DNA from: an uncultured Fibrobacteria bacterium
GTDB taxonomy: Bacteria; Fibrobacterota; Fibrobacteria; UBA11236
Length of the DNA: 64,000 nucleotides
NCBI GenBank assembly: GCA_963716395.1
Contig: OY970309.1
Location: 2,144,001-2,208,000 of the forward strand
Reading direction: 5' to 3'
Made by a program: the position numbers and the translations under genes. Below the pieces are notes generated by a model. That model saw only the letters and a list, made by a program, of their open reading frames with translations, did no database searches and was not told where the DNA came from. Positions 50,101-60,427 of this stretch are shown in pieces; within the stretch, counting starts at the first letter, position 1; every line of letters begins with the position of its first letter.

Positions 50101-51480
50101 CTAAACCAATCGATTTTGCCGCATCACTTCGGAATACCATTTGCCGCTTTCCTTTACAATTCGGCGTTGGGTGGCGAAATCCACATGGACGATTCCAAAC
50201 CGTTTCGCGTATCCTTCCGCCCATTCGAAATTGTCCATCAAGCTCCAGGCGAAGAATCCGGCCAAGCCGATGCCTTCCGCCGTCGCCCGATGCGCCTCCG
50301 CAAGATATGCCCGCAGCCATTGCAGCCGGTCCAAATCCACCACGCGACCTTGATCGTCGACGCGATCGTCGCAGGCGCATCCGGCCTCGGTAATGTAAAA
50401 CTTCTCGACTCCGTACACTTCGCGCGCATGTCGGCACCCCCAATACAAGGCCTGCGGCACCTGCTTCAGCCAATCCAGCGCCATGGTCGGGTATTCGAGA
50501 GGGAATTCCATCTCTTCGTAGCCTTTGTCGTCGGCGGCTTCCCGGATATAGGTCCCGGTATAGACATTGACGCCCAGGAAATCCACCGGCTGGCGCATCT
50601 GCTCCAGATCTCCCGCCCGGATTTCCGGAGCATCGGCGCCCTGTTCACGCAGCCACCAGTCGGGATATCCGCCTTGGAACAAGGGCTGCATCAGTCTTCC
50701 GTTGCGTCGGATATATTTCTTGCGCGTGGCTTCCAAGCAGGCGGGGGTTTCCATCAAAGGCACGGGAATCCCCGGTGAATCGACCACGCCGATTTCCGCT
50801 CCGGGCTTGGCTGCGGCCCGCAGGAGTTGCACCGCCAAACCATGCGCCAGAAAAACATGGTGATAGGCTTGGTTCATCATTCGCGGGCCGAGTTGCAGGC
50901 CCGGGGCGTGAATGCCTTGCTGATACCCTTGGCCCAGGAAGATCGTGATTTCGTTGAAGGTCATCCAACTCGGCACGCGATCTCCCAACCGTTGGGCCAC
51001 GGCTTGCACGTACTCTCCGAAGGCCGCCACGGTTTCGCGATTGCACCAGCCGCCCCGATCCTGCAAGGGTTGGGGCAAATCCCAGTGGTATAAAGTCGCG
51101 CAGGGCAGGATGTTTTTGGCCAACAGGGCGTCGACCAGGCGGTCGTAAAACTCCAGCCCTTTGGGGTTCACGGCCCCGGTTCCCAAGGGCACGATGCGCG
51201 GCCAGGCGATGCTGAAACGGTAGGCTTTTACGCCCAGGTCGGCCATCAGGTCCAAGTCTTGTGGCCACCGATGATATTGATCACAAGCGGTTTCGCCCGT
51301 ATCGCCGCCGATCACCTTTCCCGGCGTGGCGCAGAACGTATCCCAAATGCTTTTCCCCCGGCCGTCGGCACGGGTGGCGCCTTCGACTTGAAACGCCGAA
51401 GTGGCCGCACCCCACTGGAATCCATCCGGAAATTTCCGGTAGTCGCGTTGCAGGGGTTCCTGAATCAGAGGGTGGGACAT
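50101..51480 (-). CDS. GH1 beta-glucosidase, cytoplasmic
   Basis: FQWGAATSAFQVEG, TLYHWDLP, TFNE, YITEAG, WSLMDNFEWAEG; no signal peptide. Confidence 0.95.
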   Translation of the reverse strand: MSHPLIQEPLQRDYRKFPDGFQWGAATSAFQVEGATRADGRGKSIWDTFCATPGKVIGGDTGETACDQYHRWPQDLDLMADLGVKAYRFSIAWPRIVPLGTGAVNPKGLEFYDRLVDALLAKNILPCATLYHWDLPQPLQDRGGWCNRETVAAFGEYVQAVAQRLGDRVPSWMTFNEITIFLGQGYQQGIHAPGLQLGPRMMNQAYHHVFLAHGLAVQLLRAAAKPGAEIGVVDSPGIPVPLMETPACLEATRKKYIRRNGRLMQPLFQGGYPDWWLREQGADAPEIRAGDLEQMRQPVDFLGVNVYTGTYIREAADDKGYEEMEFPLEYPTMALDWLKQVPQALYWGCRHAREVYGVEKFYITEAGCACDDRVDDQGRVVDLDRLQWLRAYLAEAHRATAEGIGLAGFFAWSLMDNFEWAEGYAKRFGIVHVDFATQRRIVKESGKWYSEVMRQNRLV

Positions 51481-51500
51481 TTCGGCGGCTCCTTTATTTT

Positions 51501-51538
51501 AGGGTACCTCTAAAAATGAATTTCATTAGAGGTACCCT
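51501..51538. repeat. 38-bp hairpin made of the two MITE ends
   Basis: AGGGTACCTCTAA-aaatgaatttca-TTAGAGGTACCCT; TTA flanks GGG...CCC on both sides. Confidence 0.75.
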
Positions 51539-54500
51539 TAATTGTCGCGAATCACTCCGATGCGCCGCACCTGGGAGGCGCCTCCGGCATTGGCCGCCGC
51601 CCCGTTGGAAAGCGGCCAGACCTGCATCTGCCAGATATAGACGCCGGTGCCGGCTTTGGTGCCCTTGTCGGAGCGGGCGTTCCAAATCACCCGGGTAAAA
51701 ACCTTGGTGGCATCGGGCGCCGACGCCGACCCGCCGGGGAAATATTGCGGGCCCACCTCGCCGGTAACCGCCGTCAGAAATTGCCCGGAATGGCTGAATA
51801 TTCGGGCTTCGTAACCGAAAGGGGACGGGCTTTGAATCACAACCCACGGACGGAAAGGATTGCGGATGGTGTCGGTCGAAACCACCGGGCATCCCCCGGT
51901 GCAAGCCACGGCCGAACCGGCCTGTGAGACTTGAATCGGTTGAATATTGCTGCCCGAAGAATCTTGCAAGGCAATCACCCAGGGGTATTCCCCTTCCGTC
52001 CATCCCCCGGCGCGGAAGACGGAGTTCCCCCAGGTCAGCTTCCAGGGGAGCTTGGTGGAGTCGGTGGCGGTGGTGGTGTCGTTGGTGTGCCGGGCCAACC
52101 CTTCCACCACCACCCAGCGGTTTACGGGCAGGGCGGGATTTCCCGCGGAGTCATGCACGCCCTGAGCGGCGCTGACGATGCGCAAGCTGTCGCCCGCATT
52201 GAGTTGCACCGCAGAGGTTGAATCCACCAGGAAGGTCCATTGATTTCCCTGGTTGTTCAGGACCTGGGTAATCGTCAACCCGGCGGCGTCGGTAATCGCT
52301 CCCGCCTGCCATGCCTGAAAGGGATGGCTGTAAGCCAGGTTGTAAACCACCGCTTCGCTGAAGGTCACCGCCAAGGTGTCGGAGGCCAACCGGGTACCGG
52401 AGGCTGACAAAGGCGAGGGATACAGCACCACGCGATCCAACACCGGTCCCGCGCTGTCCGCCAGGGTAAAGGCGGAAAGGCGCTGTTTACCGCCCACGGT
52501 CAGGAAGGAATGACCCGAATTCACATTCGATCCTGTGAACCCCGTCACACCCGACGGAAAAGGCGGCGCAATCGTGACTTCCACCTGGTTTCCGGCCACC
52601 TGAAAAGCGCCGGCGCGAAAGGTCCTTTGACCTGCAGCCGTAGGAAACCAAAGCTGCAAGGAGTCGGGCGGTCCGGCCAGCGCGCTGGAATAAACGACCA
52701 CGGCCTGGTCCACGGCGCCATCCCCGTTCGGGTCGAGGATCCATCCCCGGACCGCTTGGGGAAAGGTCGCCACCGTATACAGAAAAGCCCGTGATATGTC
52801 GGTGGGATCGGTGGGATCTTGATAGGTGGCCCACACCGTGTCGCCGCTGGCCATGGCCATTTGGAAGGGACCGAGCGCGGAGGGTGCGGAATCCAACACC
52901 GCCACCGGAACCTGGGACCGGAAAATACCCGTATGCGCCCCGGTCTCGATCAGGGTCAAGGTCAAACTGTCGTTCTGGTTGGGGTTTTGCACGACGGCAT
53001 ACAAGGTGTCGGCCTGATCGGAGATGTCTCCGTTTTTATCCTGAACTTGCACCAGAAACTTCGTCTGGCCAATCACCGCCAAGGTGGGGAGAGCGGTACT
53101 ATCCACCGGCGACAGCAAGGTGAGGGTGGAGGGATAGGCGTCGGTTTTGGTGTAGTCGATCTGAAAATTATCATCGACGAAGGCGCAGCCGGCGCAGCCC
53201 TGGCAACTGGGATCCGAACCGCCGAAGAGGGTGACATCCACGTCGTTGCGGCCGGGAGTCAGGGTCAAGGGGATGTTCAAATTCCATATATTGGCGGCGG
53301 AGTCGAAAACGGCCGCGGTTCCCAGATTCGGAACCTTGATGCCATTCACCCAGATGTCCGTTAACTTCCCGTCCCCCGAAATAGTTGCAGTGCCTTTGAC
53401 ATGGACCGTCGGCGACGCCTGTTGGATGATCTTGTAGGTTTCGGGCGGATCGTTCAAGGGCGAGGTGAGTTGCGCCGTCATCTGGTATTGGTTCACCTTG
53501 GTGGACTGTTCGGTGGCGGAAGGCGAATAACCCCAAATGAATTCACCCTTGCGGTACACGGTGAAATATTGATCCACTTCGGTGTGGATATACGCCGTGT
53601 CGACGCCGACCTTGGTGCCTGCTTGAATTCCCCCGAAATTCACCGGGTCGCCGTTGGCGGTGGAATGCACCGCCCAGGTCCAGTCGCTGGAATTGGGCAG
53701 GCGAGTGGAGGGCGTATCCAGTAAATCGCCGTTTTCATTGCGCTTCACGAAGGTGATATCCACCCGGAAACGCGCGCCGGATGACATGACCGCATTTCCC
53801 ATCGGCAGCGAGACATACCAGTCATAGGTATTGGTGGCGGGATCGTAAGTATCCGGCATTTTGACGGGAACCTGTTTTTGAATCAAGGTGTCGAGCGCCG
53901 TCTTGAAGGCATTGGTGGGATCGAGATACCCCGACGACAGATACGCCTGGCCGATGTCGTCGCGCACTCCGAAGTCGGCCATCTCCGAATCGGTGGCGCG
54001 CATGTAAAAACGCACGTCAAGCGAGTCATAGCTCTGAATGTCCTGGTTGACGATATTGAAACCCAAATATTGTTTGTCGCCGATATAATAGGTCAGCGCC
54101 CGAATGTCGAAATTAACATGCGTCACGGGCGTGGTGAAGGTGTAGTACTGGCCCTGGTTATTGTCGATGGCTCCGTCGGATTCGACGTAAAACCAGTAGG
54201 TGGTTTTTTCCTGCAAGCCGGAGAGATGCACATAATGGAATTTCACCGGATGCCCCGCCGAATCGACGTCTTGCACCATGGCCTTCGGCGGCTTCGTGGT
54301 GTCGTACACAACCTTGCTGTCGTATTGACCGTTGGGCGTGAACCATAAGATGTCCGCCGAGTTGGCCGTGACATTGCAAACCTTCACCTCTGCGATTTGT
54401 GCGGGCCCCGGCGGTTGGGCCAAGGTCGTGAAGGAGAAATCCTTGCCGCCATTGTTGTTGATGCCGGTGACTCCCTTCACATCGGTGGCTTCGGCCTGAA

Positions 54501-56817
54501 AGTAATACGTGGTTCCTGGCTTTAACCCCGTCAGCACGATGAGGTGATCCACCCCGGCCGAATCCCCGGCTTTGACGGTGGTCAGCGATCCGGTCGCGGT
54601 GCCGTAGCGAATCAAAGCCGTGCCATAATTGTTTTGCCGGATATCGATGATGGCGCTGTCCACCCCGACGTATTTGATCTGCACCTGAATGGTGACCGAA
54701 TCGATCGAGTCATCCTTGACCAGTCCCAATACCGGCAGAAGAATGTTGTCGGTTCCGTCGATGCACGATTCGGAATGGATGTAATCGCCCCAATATTCGG
54801 TGTACAGGCCGGGATCGCCGGCGGCGGGCGGGGGAAAGCCGCCCTGCAGCGCTCCGTCGGGCGGCCGGTAATGATAAAATGCGCCCGGCATATTGGTGCC
54901 TTCGGGGTTGGCGGCGCGATGATGCGGGTGGTTGAAATTCTTGGCGCCCACGCCGTAAATCATGCTGATGTCCCAGGGGTTCACGCCCAGGAAATAATCC
55001 ATTTGCCGCACCAGCAATTCATGTACTTCGGCGGCTTTCCAATCGGTGGTGGCGGGCGTATGCGGCAAGGTGACGCCGGACAAATCCTTGGCGATATCGT
55101 AGTAGCAGAAAAATTCCGTGGAATTGCCGGCGATATAGCGATTCCAAACCCACACCACGTCGGCCAGGGTGTTGATTTTCCACAACGGATCATAGGTCAA
55201 AGTATGCCCCCCCCACAGTGGGGGGTTGGAGGCCGGCAAGTCGATGGTCGCCGATCCCCCTTGCAACAAGCCGATGTTGTTGATGATGGAAAAGACGACG
55301 TTTTCGATGAGACTCAGGCGTTGCGCGGCGTTGATTCCGCAGGCGGCAGCCACGGTCGGATCTTTCAGAATCAAGCGATAAAACGCCCACAGGGTGATCG
55401 AATGGATGTTGGCGTAAGAAGTGTTGGTGCCGCCTTTTTGCAAAGTGGGAGCGTTATAGGCGAACCACCCCCCGGGAAAGGTCCCCGTGGTGAAATACGG
55501 GTTGGCGAACTTTCCCAAAGTCGAGTCTTCATATAGGTCGTAGCGATAACTGGTATCCTTGGTGGCCCACAACAAGGCCACGGCCGCCATGGCCATGTCA
55601 TCGTTGAAGGTGCCTTCGGTGGGATAGGCGCCCGTCGATCCCGAACCCGTCTGTTCCGACTTCCCGAAGGCGTACATTTTTTTGGCGGCAGCCAGGCATT
55701 GCGCGGCATACACGCTGTCATAGGGCGCATATTGTTTGGAAAAAAATGCCAGGCCGGCCGCCACCCGACCCATGATGTTCGAGCCTACTTCATTGCGAAC
55801 ATCGCGCACCGGTCCGCCCAAATTTTGTGGCATGAGATCCTGAAACTGGGGCTGGCCCCACCAGGAATGATCGTATCCGAAATTCCCGACCGAGGTATAC
55901 ATCTTGGAGGGATCGCCCTTCGCGACGTTATAGGATTTCATGAAGAAATCCACTCCCATTTTGGATTCGTACAACATATCGGGAACGCCGTCGGTGTGGT
56001 AGGTGTTGTTCTGATTGCGGCCGTAGTCGTCGGCGTCGCGATCGGGGAGCGCCGCATCCGACAATGCCAGCATCAGCAAGGTGTAGCTCATGGACATGGA
56101 CTCCTTGAGATGATCCCCGCAATCGTACCAGCCTCCGGTGAGCGAGCCGTCGCCATTCGGCCCATCCTTCAAATGCGCGGGTGGATGGAACCAGGAATCG
56201 GTGTTACCGTCCCGGGCGACGCCGAAAAATTTGAGCAGGTCGTCGCGCACCCAGGCGTAAATTTTGTCGTTCACCACGAAGGGCTCCGAGGTGTCGGGGC
56301 CCGACACGATGCGATAGCGCCCGGGCGCGATGGTTTGGGGAATCTGGCCCTCGGACACCTCACCCGCGTAAACCGGGCTCAGCATGGTGTAACGCGTATC
56401 GCCTCCTCCCACCAGCGAGGCGTTGTTGGAAGCCCGAATCGAAAGCTGTCCGGAGGTGGTTTGCCCGGTGGGAGTCAAGGTACCGTTGGCCACGGACATT
56501 CCGTTTTGATCGATGACTTGAAAAGTCGAACTCGAGCCGCCCACGACATAAAAAAACTTCTGATCTTCGGTGCGATACCCGGCCTGATTGACGCGGATTC
56601 TGGAAAACTTGATGTTGAGCGAATCCCGATACAGCTGATCCATGGTATCGGGCAAGGGGTTGGCGATGGGGGCATAAGGCGGCGGATCCACCGCTTGCGC
56701 CTGCGCAATTTTCGTCGTAAACCCGAGCAGGCAAATCAGGGAAAAACCAACCAAGGTTGATTTATGCCCAAGCCTGATAAGTCCACGCATGGACCGCCCC
56801 AAATTTCCCCTGTTCAT
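51538..56817 (-). CDS. Large modular secreted GH9 cellulase (Ig, GH9, two FN3-like, CBM3-like, Ig repeats, Fibrobacter-type CTD)
   Basis: IRVNQAGY, GGWYDCGD, HPHHR, DYIHSE; LTGLKPGTTYYF and LSGLQEKTTYWF; WNARSDKG..GTGVY tail. Start uncertain (56856, 56817 or 56790). Confidence 0.9.
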   Translation of the reverse strand: MNRGNLGRSMRGLIRLGHKSTLVGFSLICLLGFTTKIAQAQAVDPPPYAPIANPLPDTMDQLYRDSLNIKFSRIRVNQAGYRTEDQKFFYVVGGSSSTFQVIDQNGMSVANGTLTPTGQTTSGQLSIRASNNASLVGGGDTRYTMLSPVYAGEVSEGQIPQTIAPGRYRIVSGPDTSEPFVVNDKIYAWVRDDLLKFFGVARDGNTDSWFHPPAHLKDGPNGDGSLTGGWYDCGDHLKESMSMSYTLLMLALSDAALPDRDADDYGRNQNNTYHTDGVPDMLYESKMGVDFFMKSYNVAKGDPSKMYTSVGNFGYDHSWWGQPQFQDLMPQNLGGPVRDVRNEVGSNIMGRVAAGLAFFSKQYAPYDSVYAAQCLAAAKKMYAFGKSEQTGSGSTGAYPTEGTFNDDMAMAAVALLWATKDTSYRYDLYEDSTLGKFANPYFTTGTFPGGWFAYNAPTLQKGGTNTSYANIHSITLWAFYRLILKDPTVAAACGINAAQRLSLIENVVFSIINNIGLLQGGSATIDLPASNPPLWGGHTLTYDPLWKINTLADVVWVWNRYIAGNSTEFFCYYDIAKDLSGVTLPHTPATTDWKAAEVHELLVRQMDYFLGVNPWDISMIYGVGAKNFNHPHHRAANPEGTNMPGAFYHYRPPDGALQGGFPPPAAGDPGLYTEYWGDYIHSESCIDGTDNILLPVLGLVKDDSIDSVTIQVQIKYVGVDSAIIDIRQNNYGTALIRYGTATGSLTTVKAGDSAGVDHLIVLTGLKPGTTYYFQAEATDVKGVTGINNNGGKDFSFTTLAQPPGPAQIAEVKVCNVTANSADILWFTPNGQYDSKVVYDTTKPPKAMVQDVDSAGHPVKFHYVHLSGLQEKTTYWFYVESDGAIDNNQGQYYTFTTPVTHVNFDIRALTYYIGDKQYLGFNIVNQDIQSYDSLDVRFYMRATDSEMADFGVRDDIGQAYLSSGYLDPTNAFKTALDTLIQKQVPVKMPDTYDPATNTYDWYVSLPMGNAVMSSGARFRVDITFVKRNENGDLLDTPSTRLPNSSDWTWAVHSTANGDPVNFGGIQAGTKVGVDTAYIHTEVDQYFTVYRKGEFIWGYSPSATEQSTKVNQYQMTAQLTSPLNDPPETYKIIQQASPTVHVKGTATISGDGKLTDIWVNGIKVPNLGTAAVFDSAANIWNLNIPLTLTPGRNDVDVTLFGGSDPSCQGCAGCAFVDDNFQIDYTKTDAYPSTLTLLSPVDSTALPTLAVIGQTKFLVQVQDKNGDISDQADTLYAVVQNPNQNDSLTLTLIETGAHTGIFRSQVPVAVLDSAPSALGPFQMAMASGDTVWATYQDPTDPTDISRAFLYTVATFPQAVRGWILDPNGDGAVDQAVVVYSSALAGPPDSLQLWFPTAAGQRTFRAGAFQVAGNQVEVTIAPPFPSGVTGFTGSNVNSGHSFLTVGGKQRLSAFTLADSAGPVLDRVVLYPSPLSASGTRLASDTLAVTFSEAVVYNLAYSHPFQAWQAGAITDAAGLTITQVLNNQGNQWTFLVDSTSAVQLNAGDSLRIVSAAQGVHDSAGNPALPVNRWVVVEGLARHTNDTTTATDSTKLPWKLTWGNSVFRAGGWTEGEYPWVIALQDSSGSNIQPIQVSQAGSAVACTGGCPVVSTDTIRNPFRPWVVIQSPSPFGYEARIFSHSGQFLTAVTGEVGPQYFPGGSASAPDATKVFTRVIWNARSDKGTKAGTGVYIWQMQVWPLSNGAAANAGGASQVRRIGVIRDN

Positions 56818-57008
56818 GATTGGAAACCCCGCAATCTTAGTGGAGGGAAAAACCATTCCGGTTCAAACCGAGACTCGGCCTGTGTGCTGAAAATCTTGGG
56901 AAAAATCGAACCTGGAGGCGGAATTTCTAACTAATTGGGAGAGTCAAAACGCGTTGGATGCAAGGGCGGCTCACAGCGGGCCTCGTTTCTCGATTGCAGG
57001 ATTGGTGA

Positions 57009-58088
57009 ATGGCCGAGGTATTGCTCAAGAATATCAACAAAGTCTATGACGGAAACGTGGTGGCCGTCAAAGACGTCAGTCTGGAAATTCGCGATCGGGA
57101 ATTTATGGTGCTGGTCGGCCCTTCGGGGTGCGGCAAATCCACCTTGTTGCGGATGATTGCCGGTTTGGAAGAGATTTCGGCGGGCGATCTCATCATCGAC
57201 GGAAAGCGCTGCAACGAGGTGGCGCCCAAAGACCGCGATATCGCCATGGTTTTCCAGAATTACGCGCTTTACCCGCATATGACCGTGGCGCAAAACCTGG
57301 CCTTCGGCCTGAAACTGCGCGCCATTTCCAACCAAGAAATCCGTGCGCGCGTGCGCGAAGCGGCGGAACGGCTGGGATTATCCGAATTGCTCCACCGCAA
57401 GCCCAGGGCCCTTTCCGGCGGGCAACGCCAGCGCGTAGCCCTGGGCCGCGCCATGGTGCGAAAACCCAAGGTCTTCCTCTTCGACGAGCCGCTTTCCAAC
57501 CTCGACGCCAAACTTCGCGTGCAAATGCGGGTGGAAATCGCCCGCTTGGCCGCCCAGTTGGAAACCACCATGATTTATGTCACGCATGATCAAACCGAGG
57601 CCATGACCTTGGGGCATCGCATCGCCTGTTTGCGCGGTGGGGAAATCCAACAGTTGGGGGCGCCGCTTGAACTTTATAAACACCCCCAGAATGCTTTCGT
57701 GGCGGGGTTTATCGGCATGCCGCCCATGAATTTTTTCCCCTTTCGCCTTGAGGGCGAAACTTTGATCGTTCCCGGCACGCGGGGCAATTGGAAACCCCGA
57801 CTCTCCGAACTGCGCGCTCTGCCGGGTTTTTCACCCGCGAAGTCGATGCTGGGAATTCGCCCCGAACATTTGACCGTCGCCGGGGAAAACGGCGCGGGAC
57901 TTGAAGCCGACGTGGATATCGTGGAACCTTTAGGCGCCGAAACCATGGTGTATTGCCGGCTGGGCGATCTCAAAGCGGTGGCGCGCTTGCCGGCCGAGAC
58001 CACCCTGCGGCGCGGCGACAAACTTTCTTTGGTGCCTCTGTCGACCCACCTGCATTTTTTTGAACCCATTCAGGATACCCCATCATGA
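57009..58088 (+). CDS. Sugar ABC transporter ATPase (MsiK/MalK-like)
   Basis: GPSGCGKST, VFQNYALYPHM, LSGGQRQR, FDEPLSNLDAKLR, YVTHDQ, GIRPEH. Confidence 0.95.
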   Translation: MAEVLLKNINKVYDGNVVAVKDVSLEIRDREFMVLVGPSGCGKSTLLRMIAGLEEISAGDLIIDGKRCNEVAPKDRDIAMVFQNYALYPHMTVAQNLAFGLKLRAISNQEIRARVREAAERLGLSELLHRKPRALSGGQRQRVALGRAMVRKPKVFLFDEPLSNLDAKLRVQMRVEIARLAAQLETTMIYVTHDQTEAMTLGHRIACLRGGEIQQLGAPLELYKHPQNAFVAGFIGMPPMNFFPFRLEGETLIVPGTRGNWKPRLSELRALPGFSPAKSMLGIRPEHLTVAGENGAGLEADVDIVEPLGAETMVYCRLGDLKAVARLPAETTLRRGDKLSLVPLSTHLHFFEPIQDTPS

Positions 58089-59480
58089 AGAAAAAAATCG
58101 CGACTCTTTCCGCAGGCATCGGTTTGGCAGCCGCCGCTTGGCTCTCGGCCTGTCACGCAGAAAAAGGCCAAGCCGGGGCGCCCGACCAAACCGTGCGCAT
58201 CTGGATCATGCCCAATACCCCGAAACCCGAAACCGATATGCAAGCGGTTTTGCAAGGGTTTCAAGCCGATCATCCGCATGTGCGCTTTGAAATAACGGTC
58301 TTGGATTGGGGCAGCGCGTGGACGCGCATCACCACCTCGGCCATCTCCGGCGACGGACCGGACGTGATTCAATTGGGGAGCACCTGGGCCTCTTCGCTTA
58401 CCGATTTGGGCGCCCTGCTTTCCCTGGATGATTTGCAAGACTCGCTGCACGTCATGAATGACTTCCTTCCCGCCACGCGGGAAATCATGCACCCGCGTTT
58501 CGCGCAGCATGTCACTTCTCTGCCGTGGTTTTTGGATGTGCGTCCGCTGTTTTATCGCGCCGACATTTTCCGCAAGGCCAAAGCCGACCCCGCCACGATG
58601 AATACCTGGGATGGTTTTGTCGCGGGCCTGGAGAAAATCAAGCAGGCCAAAATCCATGATGAAAACGGGTTGGTCGAACCCATCGGATTTCCCGGTAAAA
58701 ACGATTGGAACGTGGTGCATAACTTCGCGCCCTGGATTTGGGGAGCGGGCGGGGGATTTTTAAACGCGCAGGGCGATCAATGCATTCTGAATCAACCCGA
58801 ATCCATGCAGGGCATTCTGTTCTATCTGAGCTTGGTGCGCAAAGGGTTGAACAACCCTTCCAATTTGGAGAAAAACACCGCGCAGATCTCCTCCGAATTC
58901 GATGCCGGGCATTTCGCTTCGATCTTCGAGACCACCACGAAAAATGTTTACCTCAATCTGCCCCCGGAACAGGGCGGTATCGGTAACGCCGAGGTGGCGC
59001 AGAATTACCAAGTCGCCATGCCGCCGGCCGGCCCGAAAAAACAGGTGTACTTCATGGGCGGTTCCCAATTGGCCTTGTTTCGCTCGTGCAAGAATCCGGC
59101 CTTGGCGAAAGAGCTGGTGTTGTATCTCTGCGCGAATAAGGCGGCCCAATTGCAGTATTCCAAGCTTATCCGGTTTTCTCCCGGCTTCGCTGGCCGCCTT
59201 GGATGACCCGTATTTCGTGCAAGACCCGAAGCGCAAAGTGTTCAAGGCCATGGTGGCTTACGGGCGCTTTTATCCCAGCGTTCCCTATTGGGCCGAAATC
59301 GAAACTTCGGTGCTGACGCGCCGCCTGGGAAACCTTTTCGACATTGCCGCCGAAGTGAATGGCCCCTATTCCGAGGCCAAGGTCCGCAAAGAAGTCGACG
59401 CGACGGTGCAGGAAATCGACGAAGTGATCCGGCAATATTTTGTCGCCCATCCGCGCCACCCGATGCCCGGGAAGCTTTGA
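58085..59480 (+). pseudogene. Sugar ABC solute-binding lipoprotein split by a one-base frameshift near 59165-59172 (real lesion or assembly error)
   Basis: Lipobox LSAC, GPDVIQLGSTW, PWFLDVRPLFYR, GGSQL; the C-terminus (GFLPA..DP..PYWAEIE) continues in the +1 frame to TGA 59480. Confidence 0.85.
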
Positions 59481-59486
59481 GTATCG

Positions 59487-60422
59487 GTGATGGGTCTTCT
59501 CCGGCGCACCTTCCGCCGTCACCGTGCCGCTTACACCTTCCTGGCGCCGGCGGCCTTGGGCATTTTGTTGCTGCAAGCGTTTCCCCTGTTGCAGGGCATT
59601 TATCTCAGTTTTCTGCGCAGCCGCAAAGACCTGTTGCTGAAATACCTGTCGGCGCCCTTCATCGGCCTGGAAAATTATCGCGAGATTCTCTTTAATCCCA
59701 ACAGCCCGCTGCGCTCCGGTTTAGGCGATGCCATTCGCAACACGGTCGTCTATACCATCACCGTGACCGCCGGAACTTTTGCCGTGGGCTTGGCGGCGGC
59801 CCTTCTGGTGAACCGGAACTTTGCCGGGCGCGGCCTGGCGCGCACCTTGATGTTGTTCCCCTGGATTGTCCCCACCTATGTGGTGGGCCTGCTGTGGGGC
59901 TTCCTCTGGCAGCAAGACAGCGGCCTCATCAATTTGATTTTGGTCAACGGACTGCATCTGTTCCATACGAAACCGGTTTGGCTGATTGGCCCCAACACCA
60001 TTTGGGCCATCGTGATTCCCACCATCTGGCGACAATGGCCGTTTTCGATGCTGATGATCCTGGCGGGCTTGCAGGGAATTTCCAAAGATGTGTATGAAGC
60101 GGCCCAAATCGACGGCGCCAATCCCTGGCAAAGTTTTTTCCGCATCACCTGGCCCTTGTTGACGCCGGTCTGGGCCATTCTCATCCTCAACGGACTGATC
60201 TTCAACGTGTATTCCTTCAACATCGTCATCATGATGTTCGGCAACGGGGCGGGCTTTCCGGGTAAGTACGGCGACTTGCTGATGACCAATGTGTTCCGCA
60301 ATTCCTTTCAGATGTGGGATTTCGGCGGAGGGGCCGCCATGGCTTCGTTAATGATGCTGGCCATGTTCGGGTTGATTCTGATTTGGTACCGCGTTTTCCG
60401 CAAACATCTTTCGGTGAAATAG
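59487..60422 (+). CDS. Carbohydrate ABC permease (MalF-like)
   Basis: FIGLENY, PWIVP, YEAAQIDGA EAA loop, about 6 TM segments. Confidence 0.93.
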   Translation: MMGLLRRTFRRHRAAYTFLAPAALGILLLQAFPLLQGIYLSFLRSRKDLLLKYLSAPFIGLENYREILFNPNSPLRSGLGDAIRNTVVYTITVTAGTFAVGLAAALLVNRNFAGRGLARTLMLFPWIVPTYVVGLLWGFLWQQDSGLINLILVNGLHLFHTKPVWLIGPNTIWAIVIPTIWRQWPFSMLMILAGLQGISKDVYEAAQIDGANPWQSFFRITWPLLTPVWAILILNGLIFNVYSFNIVIMMFGNGAGFPGKYGDLLMTNVFRNSFQMWDFGGGAAMASLMMLAMFGLILIWYRVFRKHLSVK

Positions 60423-60427
60423 CGACG

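Noticed and set aside
59155-59180. Programmed +1 frameshift at CTT-A
   Set aside because: No stop or obviously rare codon in the A site and no internal SD; an indel is simpler.
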